Virus record (IMG/VR): IMGVR_UViG_3300025636_000001
Location: 32,001-96,000 of that record
Direction: 5' to 3' (one strand)
DNA: 64,000 bases
Origin: a virus
The notes below the pieces were generated by a model, which was given only the letters and a program-made list of their open reading frames with translations, was not told the origin of the DNA and did no database searches. A program made the translations under genes and the position numbers. Below, one piece after another: positions 21,201-29,511 of this stretch (its first letter is position 1; each line of letters starts with the position of its first letter).

Positions 21201-24200
21201 TTCTATATCAGCTTTTTTAGCTTCAATATTAGTTGTTTGTTGTCTTGGTTGTTGACCACTTTTAGAATCTCTAACTTCTTTAGCTTTTTCTATAAGTTCA
21301 GTAAATAATTCATTACGTTCATCTACTTCTAATTTTCTAGGTTTTAATCTAGCTAATACAATTTTACCCGTAAGCGGATCTTTTATAATACCAACATACC
21401 CACCTTTTGACAAAGCTTTTCTAAACATGTTAGACCCTTCTTTGGATTTACTATCAGATGCAGGTGTTGATTCAAGATCTTTAATAAGCTTCTGTATAAA
21501 AGCTTCATTCTCTTTAGGATCTTCAATATCTGTTTCAAATCTTTCTCCTACTGTGTCTACGTTTCTTGTATTAACTATTACAACCTTATGTCCATCATAT
21601 GTATTCTGTGCTAGATCATCATATGAGTTATCATAGTTTTCTGTATCCTCATACTGACCACCTGTTACTTTAACTGAGAAACCTAGTTCTTCTAAGTCTG
21701 CTATAGTAATAGCAGCATTAGTTTTGTCTTTCATGAACTCATCAATCTTCAAAGTAAAGTAGTCTTGCTTAAGCATTTCATTTCTTAATTCAGAAACGCT
21801 TACACCTGTAGGTGTTATATACCTATCAATTACTTTATCTTCAAGCTGGCTAATCTTTACAATTTCTTTTGGATTACCGTTTTTAGTAAATCTAAAATGA
21901 TCATTTCTTATAAAACCAATAGAACCATCCCAATTTTGAGGATAGTCAAAACCATCCATATTTTTAGCAATCTCTTCTCTTAATACTTCAGGTATAAATA
22001 CTTCTATTGAATATTTATCACCTCTAACAATAAGCTTGTTTTCAGTTGTATCATCACCAGCTCTAAGAAAATTAGATGATTGATTTGGATTTGGTCTTAT
22101 TCTTATTTCTAAAGCAGAGATTTGCTCAGGAGATAATAAAGACAAAACCTTATTAAGTCTTAGAGCTGAATCTGCATCAACTGCACCAAATGATTTAGGA
22201 TATAAACCATTTACTTCACCTGGTAATAATTTTACAGCATCTGTTGAAAGCTTAACACCTTCAAATGTTTCTTCAACCTTTGTATATATGTCTGAGAATC
22301 CTGCTTCTTCAACTGTAAAAGATGCAAGCGTTTTATCGTTGCCCTCAAGATCTTTTTTATCTAAAGCAATTAATTCAAGCTTTGCTGCATTTTTAGCAGA
22401 AGTTGAAGTACCAAGAACTACAAATTTATTTCCATCTACATCTTCTACAACATCTAAATTTACTAGCGTTGTACCATCAAAGTTAAATGGTGTTGTGTCA
22501 GGCATTAGTTTCTTTAATTCATCAAAAGCTTCAACAGCCTCATCAAAATTTGTAAATGCTGCCTTGTCTAATCCAGCCAATTCCAAAAGATCTCCGGATA
22601 AAGTATCACCGTTATTATCAGTTAGAACATATATTGTTTCTCTCAACTCAGAAGCATCTTCATTATCAATAGAATCAATACTAGCTATTTCTTTTTTAAG
22701 AATATTTACACCAGGTCCTTTATCAGCCCATTCCATTAAAGGATCATTCTCAACAACTGAGTCTAATCCTTCATTAGTCTCATTTCTTTCTATATCAGCT
22801 GCTTTTAATCCAGCAAATTCAAGGGATCTGTATACAAAAGTATCATCCTTTTGATCAAGAATCCATTGTTGAAAGCCTTCTTCACTTTTAGTAATATTGT
22901 TTTTAGCTTGCTCTGATAAAGCTTTATTGCTTTCTGAGGCTAGCCATATACCTTTAATTTTTTCTAACCCTGCAACAGCGTTAGTTCCTTCTTTTGTATT
23001 AATCCAATCTGCTTTGCTAAGTATTGTTTTTTTACCTAACTGTTGTTTTTGTTTATACTTTAAATATAAATCATCCAATAACAATTTTGAAAAAGGAGAT
23101 TCATTTTCTTTTAAAATATCAACACCCTCTTCAACATTTGCAATAGGACTATCAGAAGTTAATTTTAAATATTCATTTAACTCTGATGTTTTATTTGAAC
23201 TTGTATCTTTCTGATTAACATCTGTTTTTTCTTCTTCAGCTTTTTTATCAGCATTTTCAGTTTCAAACTTTACTCTATTGTAATTATCAATAAGTGTTTG
23301 TATTTTCTGATAAAGTTCATTGTTATTAGATTTAAAAACTTTACCAGCTTCAGTATAAAAATCTGTTAATACAGATGTATCACCAGTCTCCATAAATTTA
23401 ATGGACTGTTCTGTATCTGCATACACACCTCCGTTTTTATTTTCACTACCTATACCAGCTAGAGCTTCAAGTAAAGAAACTCTTTCTTGATTTTGAATAC
23501 CTTTTATGACACTCTTCTTAAAATCAGCTTTAATATTATTAAAACGTGTTAAGAATATTTCACTAAGTCTATCTGACATTTCAGTAAACTTAACATTATC
23601 ACTAAACATAGAAACACTACGGGCATATACTTGAGCTCTCTTGTCTAAATAACTGTGATCTACTAACTGCTTTACCAAGTATGATAACTTAGCATCATCA
23701 ATCATTGCACCTTTTGATACAGCCTCAATATATGATTTAAGTGGAGTTTTTAAATTTTCCATCTTATCTCTATCATATACATCTGAGTCTTTATCATATA
23801 TACCTTCTAGAGTTGTTAAGTAACCAGCTAGAGCTACTAGTTTATCTTCCTTATCAGTAAGAATTTTTTTATCTACATTTTCAGAATCCTTTAAAACTCT
23901 TATCTCATCTGACAATAAAGCTATTTCTCTTTGTATAGAATCAACAGCTAACAATGGTGTAAGGTCATTAACATCAGTACTACCTTCAACTGTTGAAAGT
24001 TTTAATGCTTGTTCAATAGCATCTCTTCTGTTTGCTGCAGATTTAAAAGATTCTTTACTAACTAGATAAAGCAAACGTCCGTGTTCTACAGCACTGTATT
24101 TTGCCAACTCTGCATTAAATTCCTTTGTACCTTTATCAAATCTTTTAAAAGCATAAGGGTTTTGTATAACATCAAAAGATGCATCATAATCTTTTTTAAA

Positions 24201-26360
24201 GTCCTTAACTCTATCAATTGATTTACCAATACGTTCTTTAAACTTACCAGACTCTATATCTTCTTTTTGATTAGGGTATGCTTCTATTAAAGCTTCATCT
24301 GATAGTTTTTGTAAGTCTTCTAACTGCTCAATATATAAACCTTCAGTTCCATTAGTAACCATGTGATGAGCATTCATAATAAAGGAATCATCCTTACTAT
24401 CTCTCATACCCAACTCATCATCTTCAAACATGTGCTTATCACCGTCATCTTCAGATTGCTTTTGAGCAAAAAAGTTTAGTTTAGAAGAGCTCATAAAGTT
24501 TTGAGGATCTTTAGCTACTTCTTCAGCTATATTATTAACCTCATCTACAAAAGCATCTCTTTGTTTTTTATACTCTTCATATTGTTTAGGATCTCTTTTT
24601 TGTTGTATGTAATCAGGTAATACTTCAAAGAATAATCTTTGAGGTCCTTGAACCAAACCACCCATTAAAAATCCAGATAAAAAAGTTTCAAAACCTTGAC
24701 CTGTCATTTGACTATTAAAGCCTGATTGAAAAGCTGCTTTTTGAAGATCGTGCCTGTTTGCATTTGGGTTTTCTAATAATAATGAATGATAATCAACAAG
24801 TCCTTGAGATACACCTTCTTGAAACATTTCCTGAAAACCTTCTCCCAATCCACCAGATGAGTATCTAAGTATCCCACCTGCTGTATGTTTGATACTACCT
24901 TTAACACCTAAAGCTTTTAACTGATTCCAACCAATTAATTTACCAAATATTGTTTTATTAGATGTTTCTTGAAATAATTTACCTGCTGTTTTTCCAGCAG
25001 CTCTATTCTTAACAAAGTTTTCTACTGTTGTCCTTCTAACAATATTTTTAGAATTACCAAGTTTATTAAATATTCTTCTTAGTTGTGGAGAAAATCCACC
25101 AAGTGCTTTACCTAATGCTATTTTATTAGTTACAAAAATTACAGGAGCATTAAACAAAGCAGCATTTGAAGCCGCCTTTAATGCTTCTTCATTAATTTCA
25201 CTTAATTGATCTGGTGTTAATTGAGCACCTCCGTTTTCACGCATCACTCTTTCAACATTTCTACCAAACATATCTTGATATACAAAACCTCCTTCAAGTT
25301 TTGATTCGCTTATTGTAAGGTTTAATGCTCTAGCATCTCTATAAAAAGCACCAAACCCTTTTGATGTTTTAGCTAAATTACTTAAACCTTTTGCCGCGCT
25401 TTCTGTTGATTTAAAAGATTTTAATGTAGCTCTTAATTCTGGTGTAAAGAAATCACCTGCAAGTTTACCACCCGTTTTAGCCACGCTCCAAAAATCTTTT
25501 GCTTTATCTGCTGTTCTAAGTGTAGCTAAAACATCCTTACCAAGCCTCATTGTTCTTGTAACATCAAAAATGTTACCAATACTTTTAACACCCCTAACAA
25601 GGTTTTTACCCGTCCTTGCTAAAAACATAGGTGCCGCACCACCTTCAGTGGCAGCAGTAGCACCGGCTAATACTAATTCTTCAGCTAAAATCTCACTAAT
25701 TGTACCTAAAGTTTGAGCTGCGTTTAAATTAAGATTTATCAAAAAACCTGTTGCACCACCTCTTGTGCTTGCCCCTAATCTATTTGCTTCAGACATAGCT
25801 GCAGCACCTTCTAAATCTGCAGATGTCCAATAACTTTCATCACCTGAAAAAAGATCACCCCAAGATCTAAATGCACTTCCAAAACCACTAGAAAAATTAG
25901 TCAACCAAGGCATTACTGATCTTTTATAATCATCCCATCCTGTTGTGTTTGCATTATAATAAGATTCCATATCCATATCAGGTCTCCAACCTAATTTTTC
26001 AAAAGCACCCATTCTTGCATACCTATCATAACCGGAAGATTTAATTCCAGATATAATAGGGTCTTGTATTTTCATTTGCTGTTCACCTCCTAGAAAAGGA
26101 GTTGGAGCATTAAAAACTTTTTTAAATGATTCAAAATTATCAAACCCAGGTTTTGGTGAGTTATGTCTTGACATAGGTAAATCAAGAGGTATAGCAAACT
26201 GATTCATCTTTGGTGCCAAAGATTCTAAATCTTTCATGTAATCACCCATATCTTGAACGCTTTCAACGTCAAAGTCTAAGTCAAACATTTCATCAATTGG
26301 TTTAAACTGAAAATCATCTGGTTGATACATAGGATCAGTTTGGATATTTGAATCTTGCAT
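12255..26360 (-). CDS. Virion-packaged single-chain RNA polymerase of crAss-like phages, within a giant multidomain protein
   Basis: 4701 aa; RIPTQ..SGADFDIDK (DFDID at 15159-15173, the catalytic motif of the phi14:2 gp66-type vRNAP); zincin HESFH (19593-19607) with downstream EEYMADQF; Gly/Ala-rich N-terminus. Confidence 0.9.
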   Translation of the reverse strand: MQDSNIQTDPMYQPDDFQFKPIDEMFDLDFDVESVQDMGDYMKDLESLAPKMNQFAIPLDLPMSRHNSPKPGFDNFESFKKVFNAPTPFLGGEQQMKIQDPIISGIKSSGYDRYARMGAFEKLGWRPDMDMESYYNANTTGWDDYKRSVMPWLTNFSSGFGSAFRSWGDLFSGDESYWTSADLEGAAAMSEANRLGASTRGGATGFLINLNLNAAQTLGTISEILAEELVLAGATAATEGGAAPMFLARTGKNLVRGVKSIGNIFDVTRTMRLGKDVLATLRTADKAKDFWSVAKTGGKLAGDFFTPELRATLKSFKSTESAAKGLSNLAKTSKGFGAFYRDARALNLTISESKLEGGFVYQDMFGRNVERVMRENGGAQLTPDQLSEINEEALKAASNAALFNAPVIFVTNKIALGKALGGFSPQLRRIFNKLGNSKNIVRRTTVENFVKNRAAGKTAGKLFQETSNKTIFGKLIGWNQLKALGVKGSIKHTAGGILRYSSGGLGEGFQEMFQEGVSQGLVDYHSLLLENPNANRHDLQKAAFQSGFNSQMTGQGFETFLSGFLMGGLVQGPQRLFFEVLPDYIQQKRDPKQYEEYKKQRDAFVDEVNNIAEEVAKDPQNFMSSSKLNFFAQKQSEDDGDKHMFEDDELGMRDSKDDSFIMNAHHMVTNGTEGLYIEQLEDLQKLSDEALIEAYPNQKEDIESGKFKERIGKSIDRVKDFKKDYDASFDVIQNPYAFKRFDKGTKEFNAELAKYSAVEHGRLLYLVSKESFKSAANRRDAIEQALKLSTVEGSTDVNDLTPLLAVDSIQREIALLSDEIRVLKDSENVDKKILTDKEDKLVALAGYLTTLEGIYDKDSDVYDRDKMENLKTPLKSYIEAVSKGAMIDDAKLSYLVKQLVDHSYLDKRAQVYARSVSMFSDNVKFTEMSDRLSEIFLTRFNNIKADFKKSVIKGIQNQERVSLLEALAGIGSENKNGGVYADTEQSIKFMETGDTSVLTDFYTEAGKVFKSNNNELYQKIQTLIDNYNRVKFETENADKKAEEEKTDVNQKDTSSNKTSELNEYLKLTSDSPIANVEEGVDILKENESPFSKLLLDDLYLKYKQKQQLGKKTILSKADWINTKEGTNAVAGLEKIKGIWLASESNKALSEQAKNNITKSEEGFQQWILDQKDDTFVYRSLEFAGLKAADIERNETNEGLDSVVENDPLMEWADKGPGVNILKKEIASIDSIDNEDASELRETIYVLTDNNGDTLSGDLLELAGLDKAAFTNFDEAVEAFDELKKLMPDTTPFNFDGTTLVNLDVVEDVDGNKFVVLGTSTSAKNAAKLELIALDKKDLEGNDKTLASFTVEEAGFSDIYTKVEETFEGVKLSTDAVKLLPGEVNGLYPKSFGAVDADSALRLNKVLSLLSPEQISALEIRIRPNPNQSSNFLRAGDDTTENKLIVRGDKYSIEVFIPEVLREEIAKNMDGFDYPQNWDGSIGFIRNDHFRFTKNGNPKEIVKISQLEDKVIDRYITPTGVSVSELRNEMLKQDYFTLKIDEFMKDKTNAAITIADLEELGFSVKVTGGQYEDTENYDNSYDDLAQNTYDGHKVVIVNTRNVDTVGERFETDIEDPKENEAFIQKLIKDLESTPASDSKSKEGSNMFRKALSKGGYVGIIKDPLTGKIVLARLKPRKLEVDERNELFTELIEKAKEVRDSKSGQQPRQQTTNIEAKKADIEKRRQEELNNIPTKENLENKILKMSFVNGDKVVDSKYKNKLTQLLPFGGEFLGDELFALLNELDNFKEGVTNTNKINAKYDAELAALESAPQTTTKVGATKKSMSLLDWNKQFNNKFFSATNPSVKSYLDLNVSSKGDIYLRFKVDETGFTVSESFKASELDGLNPDDILTLYSLLNKNEKIIKFNKTVEYPFSFGDNNIRETFPLSASLQQMLSSTKTNLDPRVLKGVRVKLDTTDEMVKGLEMVQPSKPVNTQSDEYTQFVAKGIVSQETLERIANKYVNNPNSLTIEEKAIFQDKVAEINKILEQKRAEELLQEDNSLQEMSDERYNEFKSNDFKDLPRSIKVAIVNKVVQEGRDSLDAREQEILKMNSDELELLIMSKSYQKPVEESKSLEEEIAEVEAAIKKEKRRIAAEAKRTGQHQATLRKNSELYVSLMDQLDELERRSTDESAFKILDPSESLQKEESIDEFLEWAAQNLPDFIKIKDLSEIKSRLKSTGTTVGQFTMALRNIAGGLNIEGTIYTGPSNGIGYHESFHAIFRMLLTTEEQNGLLKLAKDEVRKKFKTTEALQEDISRFANRHPKYRALSKQALEREYLEEYMADQFQAFKTNPRSTKTSSAIKSFFNRVVEWIKSVLKSFRKNELDLFYERIDAGKYRGGQILDNQYTRSLESGVALDAFKAIPYKIIRGNKLKSAKYLDPSKADILTRMIGQIFVLKRGQSDYSELQDEELLDTIIIDFADLYDSERDIYASLSDVELDTVEQLNEALNLQDGKAVKESVVQYLDILNLKFDEMDEQLEEDEDDYGSRKVGDYTKDANQTGGYNSATKEVRTFIAGVSIQSKDMFGNVELMDGTPIRVPVNHVDVYNGLMLAGMNETSDAKMLEKMYYFSRRNENTAAVIDELFRVTGIDINEFQETGQIPNTIDNSMLFNQFMTTFKNARFDYIFQLTDPNTGKVRIISASNRDAANAQIDYWKKLFNDKFEIFRNDNASIREAVSGVNMLLKDLTNFSEKRTRITNKELGAKSLMYSKLINDQLGIKLSPLYIEISIANAISGKLTKYQETLKDIGRNARLLTKEDLVLINNKLTGKDKETAKPLPENLFIDDAEKGISSRLKQIALGNAEFDETVGNTVFEDPERNLIYAHQNQTLHSRRMIQLSDQEVIRKLQSEFPDNTLLNSEAFLELSASKQLQLIRTAGSNMLAENMESMDLQDADDLSRRSIQGKKYGKFTSVEFVTNLINNYFEGFNTKSNKVETAANVALAPVFIRIIESSNTGDSTRLPIIKSVKLSSDGKYVVLTPEAFDQFVNRLKTEYNVIQKNNQEYDLNGPGNIKGYNDSKNGRGFKFFKGAELISEETQNELIKAAAEGKNFDDVFSKEYKTELNNKLKDYIKEFQDLASGKLQGISQHAKGIFPDTEAASNSMEKLNVFRKNEKANLAQIFISNWLNTMAINELILGEEAKLFKDAVVDPIKRAKMQNAAHDSIAFDFLPKDDSFGISHTLGDKSIGLFTFTDPSTEDGGDKADAQSYQTIKGARYSAFGLGSLNSDLAKMYDKIEAGESVDNEWFNNYLKKFSKHAPLNSKKYVFGNGQTFIKTSTVVLTKELTSYQNEEGAWVAKVGMERLHNLRENMERWESQNGDKIAIGAPESAVKMLKQNVIDNESMTAETMVLNEEHVTLLDAKDFGRQMVNPSNKLLITDPSQIKTIISSEQDINDKDFKVVIDGVELPMADVVSEYHKLTAAGLDFEYIGKKNLIFDLIPHLDEEVLEQMNIEPNLYSFIKTAQANLKSSAASSKEIEFFTEEDGKPKYELNNPIISQKFEQFFMAYFSKKVLSQKVPGVTLALMSDFGVPVIREIYSFDETGRPDKQRVIRRKNSNQYNGQKLLDITNAEDLQSAQQQLESDPSKPIVVLDRLRYDMKEYNMVNPNDPSTWVPTNVRYAETLMPAHHEEVMRYLENKNIKDVPDSVAKMFAVRIPTQDKHSSMASKVVDFLPVYYGSTAIFPEDLIKISGADFDIDKVYAAIKEWYYQDGKFIEYGSRKGEEGYADYIKYTNKKVAEKGSNLNEAYSKYEDGGLSSEVETKSLAEIKELLELGYTSEAIDGATMLGLPLTQKEYKDYIKDNDVEPYKAAITNKLVDLKYTLVGNTKLTESKDDSVPLSYQPADIEAVKQVWQDLSERFSILKTYTKDEGIAIDNLVGQFYSHKNVKENSGLIGGVVPPATIINFLREMNISSEWFELQVDGKSYNRFVNEIDSNGELQRTQYVLSNLITLATDDAKERLLSKLGYNKKGIKYVLSMVSFGVPLEQATMLVNVKAIREALETESPVGQIREIIKDLNAGGVKPERVTTKTLSEGIEGNEKPGALLGLLLEVLKVDRLTKEVDNLQAIFQLNKGFGKDFSSLLSVDESIEKAGLYTSNSEMKDKIRTKELIFDLRNAFSTDLTKDKPVRHYIGQNIRVFEDFKRNVLPEVFTSQSPAFKRIFSGVMSYANVSFGPEGAKLKAQVQKDILSYFTIKAYIKDLFDREAGSLVGASLSNEFLYPSENSDFNITTVIKDLKSNFNVGDNYFLDYFVFTKTVNAEDNKTGMNIATTRGFGKLSDNEKVRIQNGFQALYGDIKTRKEAVNILHYIMAKDGLSLAAGSLLEAITPFGLEKYLSSSTEVFKAFKGQVEFEKVFGESLEDMSKDFINNYGRSAAFSKNIKPDYFVFNEDNGYKVNVDKDNKDIIRVSRAVEEDGLPAIVFPKFISRETKNPIGVQKQYYILVKGGNKNLEVPVDNIDGSVLTEGVYERFDLEGSYYQNAIGFIFNNDNFQRPKTKDLYVSDRFDSIDVDFNMDTIPDDITMPDNIAEFGSLNNLTRTATEKGIEVEGKNIADLTQADIPAEVSEEVNDKLTAFISKQPTQQASEVENAQLDLFDVEELSAMNLGLTDNFSILLDDLKTTPGAIQKMKKDGVNISDLNSLKESFKKSAFTEESQYEEHLRKCYLK

Positions 26361-26383
26361 GTTGATTATTTTATTTTAATATG

Positions 26384-29300
26384 TTATTGTGCTGCTTTGT
26401 TTTTCTTCTTCCAAGCTTTCTCTGTTTCAATATTTCTTCTAAACTCTTCCATCATTATTAATTGATAATGATTTACAAAGTTATCAATATTATGCTTACC
26501 TGCAGGTCCATTTTCATCTTGAACTAAAATAGGATCTTGTATACCTGCTGAATTAAACAAACCTGTCTTTGGATCTAGCTGCATCATTTCCATTGCAACA
26601 TAATAATTGTTATTATTTTTAAAGACTTTAAAAGACCCAGCTTTTTCAGAAAATGCATCATAGTTATAAACTTTATCTTCTGATAAATCAATGGCTGTTT
26701 GAATAGCTGATACATTATACTGACCAGCTCTTTTTGGATTCATGTCTTGTTCTGATGGTACTAATACTTTAATACTTGTGTATTCGGGTATTTGTGTAGG
26801 ATTTAACATTGCTGTGTTTTTACCACCCCCTGTACCTTTTGTTGCACCGGAAAATTCTTTAATATAATCATAATCAGTTTTAAGAGTATATGATGCAAAT
26901 GATTTACCATCTATTGTTTCAACGGGATTATATTCTATTTGATATGATAGTTTCTTTGAAGCTGCTGATTTTGGATTAAGCATTGCCTGTCTACTATCTC
27001 TTATTATTTCATCAACAATAAATTTAGCATTTGCATTGTTTTCAACTTCAGTTGCAGATTGAGTCATAACAACTTTATCCGCTGACATATCATACTGTCT
27101 CTTAAAATTAAAAATCATTTCTTGAGCCTTTTTATCCTTAGCTATAGTACTAACACTAAATGTGGCACCATATCCTTGATAAGTAAACAAATTACTTTCA
27201 TTCATTTCTTCTAAAGGAACACCTCTAAAAACAGCTTCTGCTGAAAATGGTTGGAATGTTCTTGACCCACCCATTTCATTCATATTTAAAGTACCATTTA
27301 TAGATTGATTTAATAAACCATATTGTACTTTATAAGCTTCTTCAGCATCTTCCTTTGCTCTTTTTTCTACAAATATTGTATTTCCAAATAATTCATCTGT
27401 CTTTTTACCAAGATAATTAGCTATTCCTGGAAACATGCTTATTTCAATAAGATCTTTACTACCATCGTCATTCCTACCATTTCTACCTTCTATGTAGTCT
27501 TTACCTTTTATTACACCTTTTTTTGCTCTCTCTACATATTCAGCAATAAAATCATCTTTGGATAAAAGAGCTCTTTGAGTGTCATCATTTTTACTTGTGA
27601 TAACAAGCTCAGGCATATTAGCTTCAAGTTGTCTTTTTAATTCTGCACCTTGTTTTGTAGTACCTACTTTTAATAAATCATAATTTTTACCAAGAACTGT
27701 ATTTAAACTTTTTTCATAAGCAATAGATTTACTTTGTCTTCCTTGTATTGTATTATACATACTGTAAGCTTCAACCAGTTGAGGACTTTCTAAAGCTTTA
27801 GGATTATTAGTGGGTAGTTTATTTGTAAGAGTCTTTACAGCATTATCATAATTTAAATCAACTAAGTTTTCATTTCCTTCTTCTGATAGTTTAGCTTTTA
27901 TTTGATCATAAGATCCTTTAAATGTGCTACCATCATTGAGTTTAATCTCCATACTATTATAGTTAGTATTTTGAAGACTTCCACCCATCTTACTAAGTTG
28001 ATCTATTTTAAGTATAAAGTCAGTTTTACTTTGATTAGTTTCTTGTGCATAAGCTGCTGCTCTCTGAGCATTATCAGCCATTGCATCTTCAACCTCTCTA
28101 ACCTCAGTTGAATTTTTTGTTATACCTGTTGTTGAACCACCAAACAAAGCATCAACTAAATTACCATCAGCTGTTGATTGCAATGTTGGATCTAATTTTG
28201 CCTTTAATTCTATTTCTTTTTTTCTATTAATGTGCTGTTGCTCAATTTTAGCCATGCTATATTTATGCTGAACCTCTAATTTTTTATAAGGGTTAGCCGT
28301 AATAGTTCTGGAATAATCTTTCATACTATGAGCTTTAGCCGCTCCTAAGATATCAGAGCTGAGGTTATAGTTCATCAAAAGATTAAAGGCTTTATTTAAA
28401 AGCTCAGGATCCTCATCAATATTTATATTATCAACTCTTTGTAGAGTTTCTTCATTTCTTTCAAGAGCACCTCTGCTTTTGTCATACTGCTCAATAGCTT
28501 CAAGCATTGCTTTAGCTTCAGGGCTGTTTGGTGTAACACCTGATGTTCTTTCATACTCTTCCCAATTCTCTTTAGCTTTTAAAGCTTCATCAAATTGTTG
28601 TTTGATAATCTCATTGGCAGTAGCATTTCTTTGAGCAAGATCACTTAACTTATCTTTTGCCCATGCAGTCTGTCCCTCTAACACAGTAGAGTATAAACCG
28701 TTGTCTAAACCTTTTTGAGCAAAGTTTCTAGAATCAACATAACCACTTGCTCTGTAGGCATCCATTACTCTTGGATCCTCTATTAAAGTTTTTTGTAAAA
28801 AATTATATGCACCTGGTACTTGTTGTTTACCATTCTTCTCTCTGATAATCCAATGACCTGTTGGATCTGGAATATCAATTTCTACATCTCCAAATCCAGC
28901 ATCTTTTAAAAGTTTAGTAGACATTGAATATAAATCAACGTTTTCTATATATGTTGGTAGACCTTGCTTTAAAGCTGCATCTCTATCAGCAGTTTTAAAA
29001 TCTTCCATTTGATAGTTCAAGTATTGCATACCTGTAGACCAATATTTTTTTCTTTGATCTACATTATCAGAATCTTTAAATGTCAACGCACGTTGTGCAT
29101 TTTGTTTATACTGTTTTGTATAAACAAGATCTTTTACAATAAGATCATCCTCATAAAAAGGTTTAAAAACGCTCTTAGCTGAATCAACATTTTGACGTAG
29201 AGAAAGATCCATGCCTGAAATTTGTTGAATCTTTGGTGCAAGTTGATTTGCATACTGATCCCTCATTGCAATTGTATCTTCTCTTGATAAATCTGCATAT

Positions 29301-29452
29301 ACAACCTTACCATATAAATCACTTAATTGTTTATAGTTGGTATCATAGCGATCCTGTCTTGTATCCAATACAGAAGACAAAAACTTATAGTCTGGTGTAA
29401 ATGGTTGAATCTCTCTTGAATATGTCTTACTTCCTGGTACGTATGTTGCCAT
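26384..29452 (-). CDS. Putative virion cargo/ejection protein (1022 aa)
   Basis: Long helical ORF directly upstream of the vRNAP gene; the call rests mainly on position. Confidence 0.65.
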   Translation of the reverse strand: MATYVPGSKTYSREIQPFTPDYKFLSSVLDTRQDRYDTNYKQLSDLYGKVVYADLSREDTIAMRDQYANQLAPKIQQISGMDLSLRQNVDSAKSVFKPFYEDDLIVKDLVYTKQYKQNAQRALTFKDSDNVDQRKKYWSTGMQYLNYQMEDFKTADRDAALKQGLPTYIENVDLYSMSTKLLKDAGFGDVEIDIPDPTGHWIIREKNGKQQVPGAYNFLQKTLIEDPRVMDAYRASGYVDSRNFAQKGLDNGLYSTVLEGQTAWAKDKLSDLAQRNATANEIIKQQFDEALKAKENWEEYERTSGVTPNSPEAKAMLEAIEQYDKSRGALERNEETLQRVDNINIDEDPELLNKAFNLLMNYNLSSDILGAAKAHSMKDYSRTITANPYKKLEVQHKYSMAKIEQQHINRKKEIELKAKLDPTLQSTADGNLVDALFGGSTTGITKNSTEVREVEDAMADNAQRAAAYAQETNQSKTDFILKIDQLSKMGGSLQNTNYNSMEIKLNDGSTFKGSYDQIKAKLSEEGNENLVDLNYDNAVKTLTNKLPTNNPKALESPQLVEAYSMYNTIQGRQSKSIAYEKSLNTVLGKNYDLLKVGTTKQGAELKRQLEANMPELVITSKNDDTQRALLSKDDFIAEYVERAKKGVIKGKDYIEGRNGRNDDGSKDLIEISMFPGIANYLGKKTDELFGNTIFVEKRAKEDAEEAYKVQYGLLNQSINGTLNMNEMGGSRTFQPFSAEAVFRGVPLEEMNESNLFTYQGYGATFSVSTIAKDKKAQEMIFNFKRQYDMSADKVVMTQSATEVENNANAKFIVDEIIRDSRQAMLNPKSAASKKLSYQIEYNPVETIDGKSFASYTLKTDYDYIKEFSGATKGTGGGKNTAMLNPTQIPEYTSIKVLVPSEQDMNPKRAGQYNVSAIQTAIDLSEDKVYNYDAFSEKAGSFKVFKNNNNYYVAMEMMQLDPKTGLFNSAGIQDPILVQDENGPAGKHNIDNFVNHYQLIMMEEFRRNIETEKAWKKKNKAAQ

Positions 29453-29511
29453 AATACTAAATTACTAAAATTTTATAAGTTTTAAAAACTTTTTCAATAC
29501 ACTTTTTGAGT

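Noticed and set aside
12255-26360. Intein or intron explaining the size of the vRNAP gene
   Set aside because: The ORF is continuous and I saw no Hint splice-junction or LAGLIDADG/HNH motifs; an HMM scan would be needed to exclude this fully.
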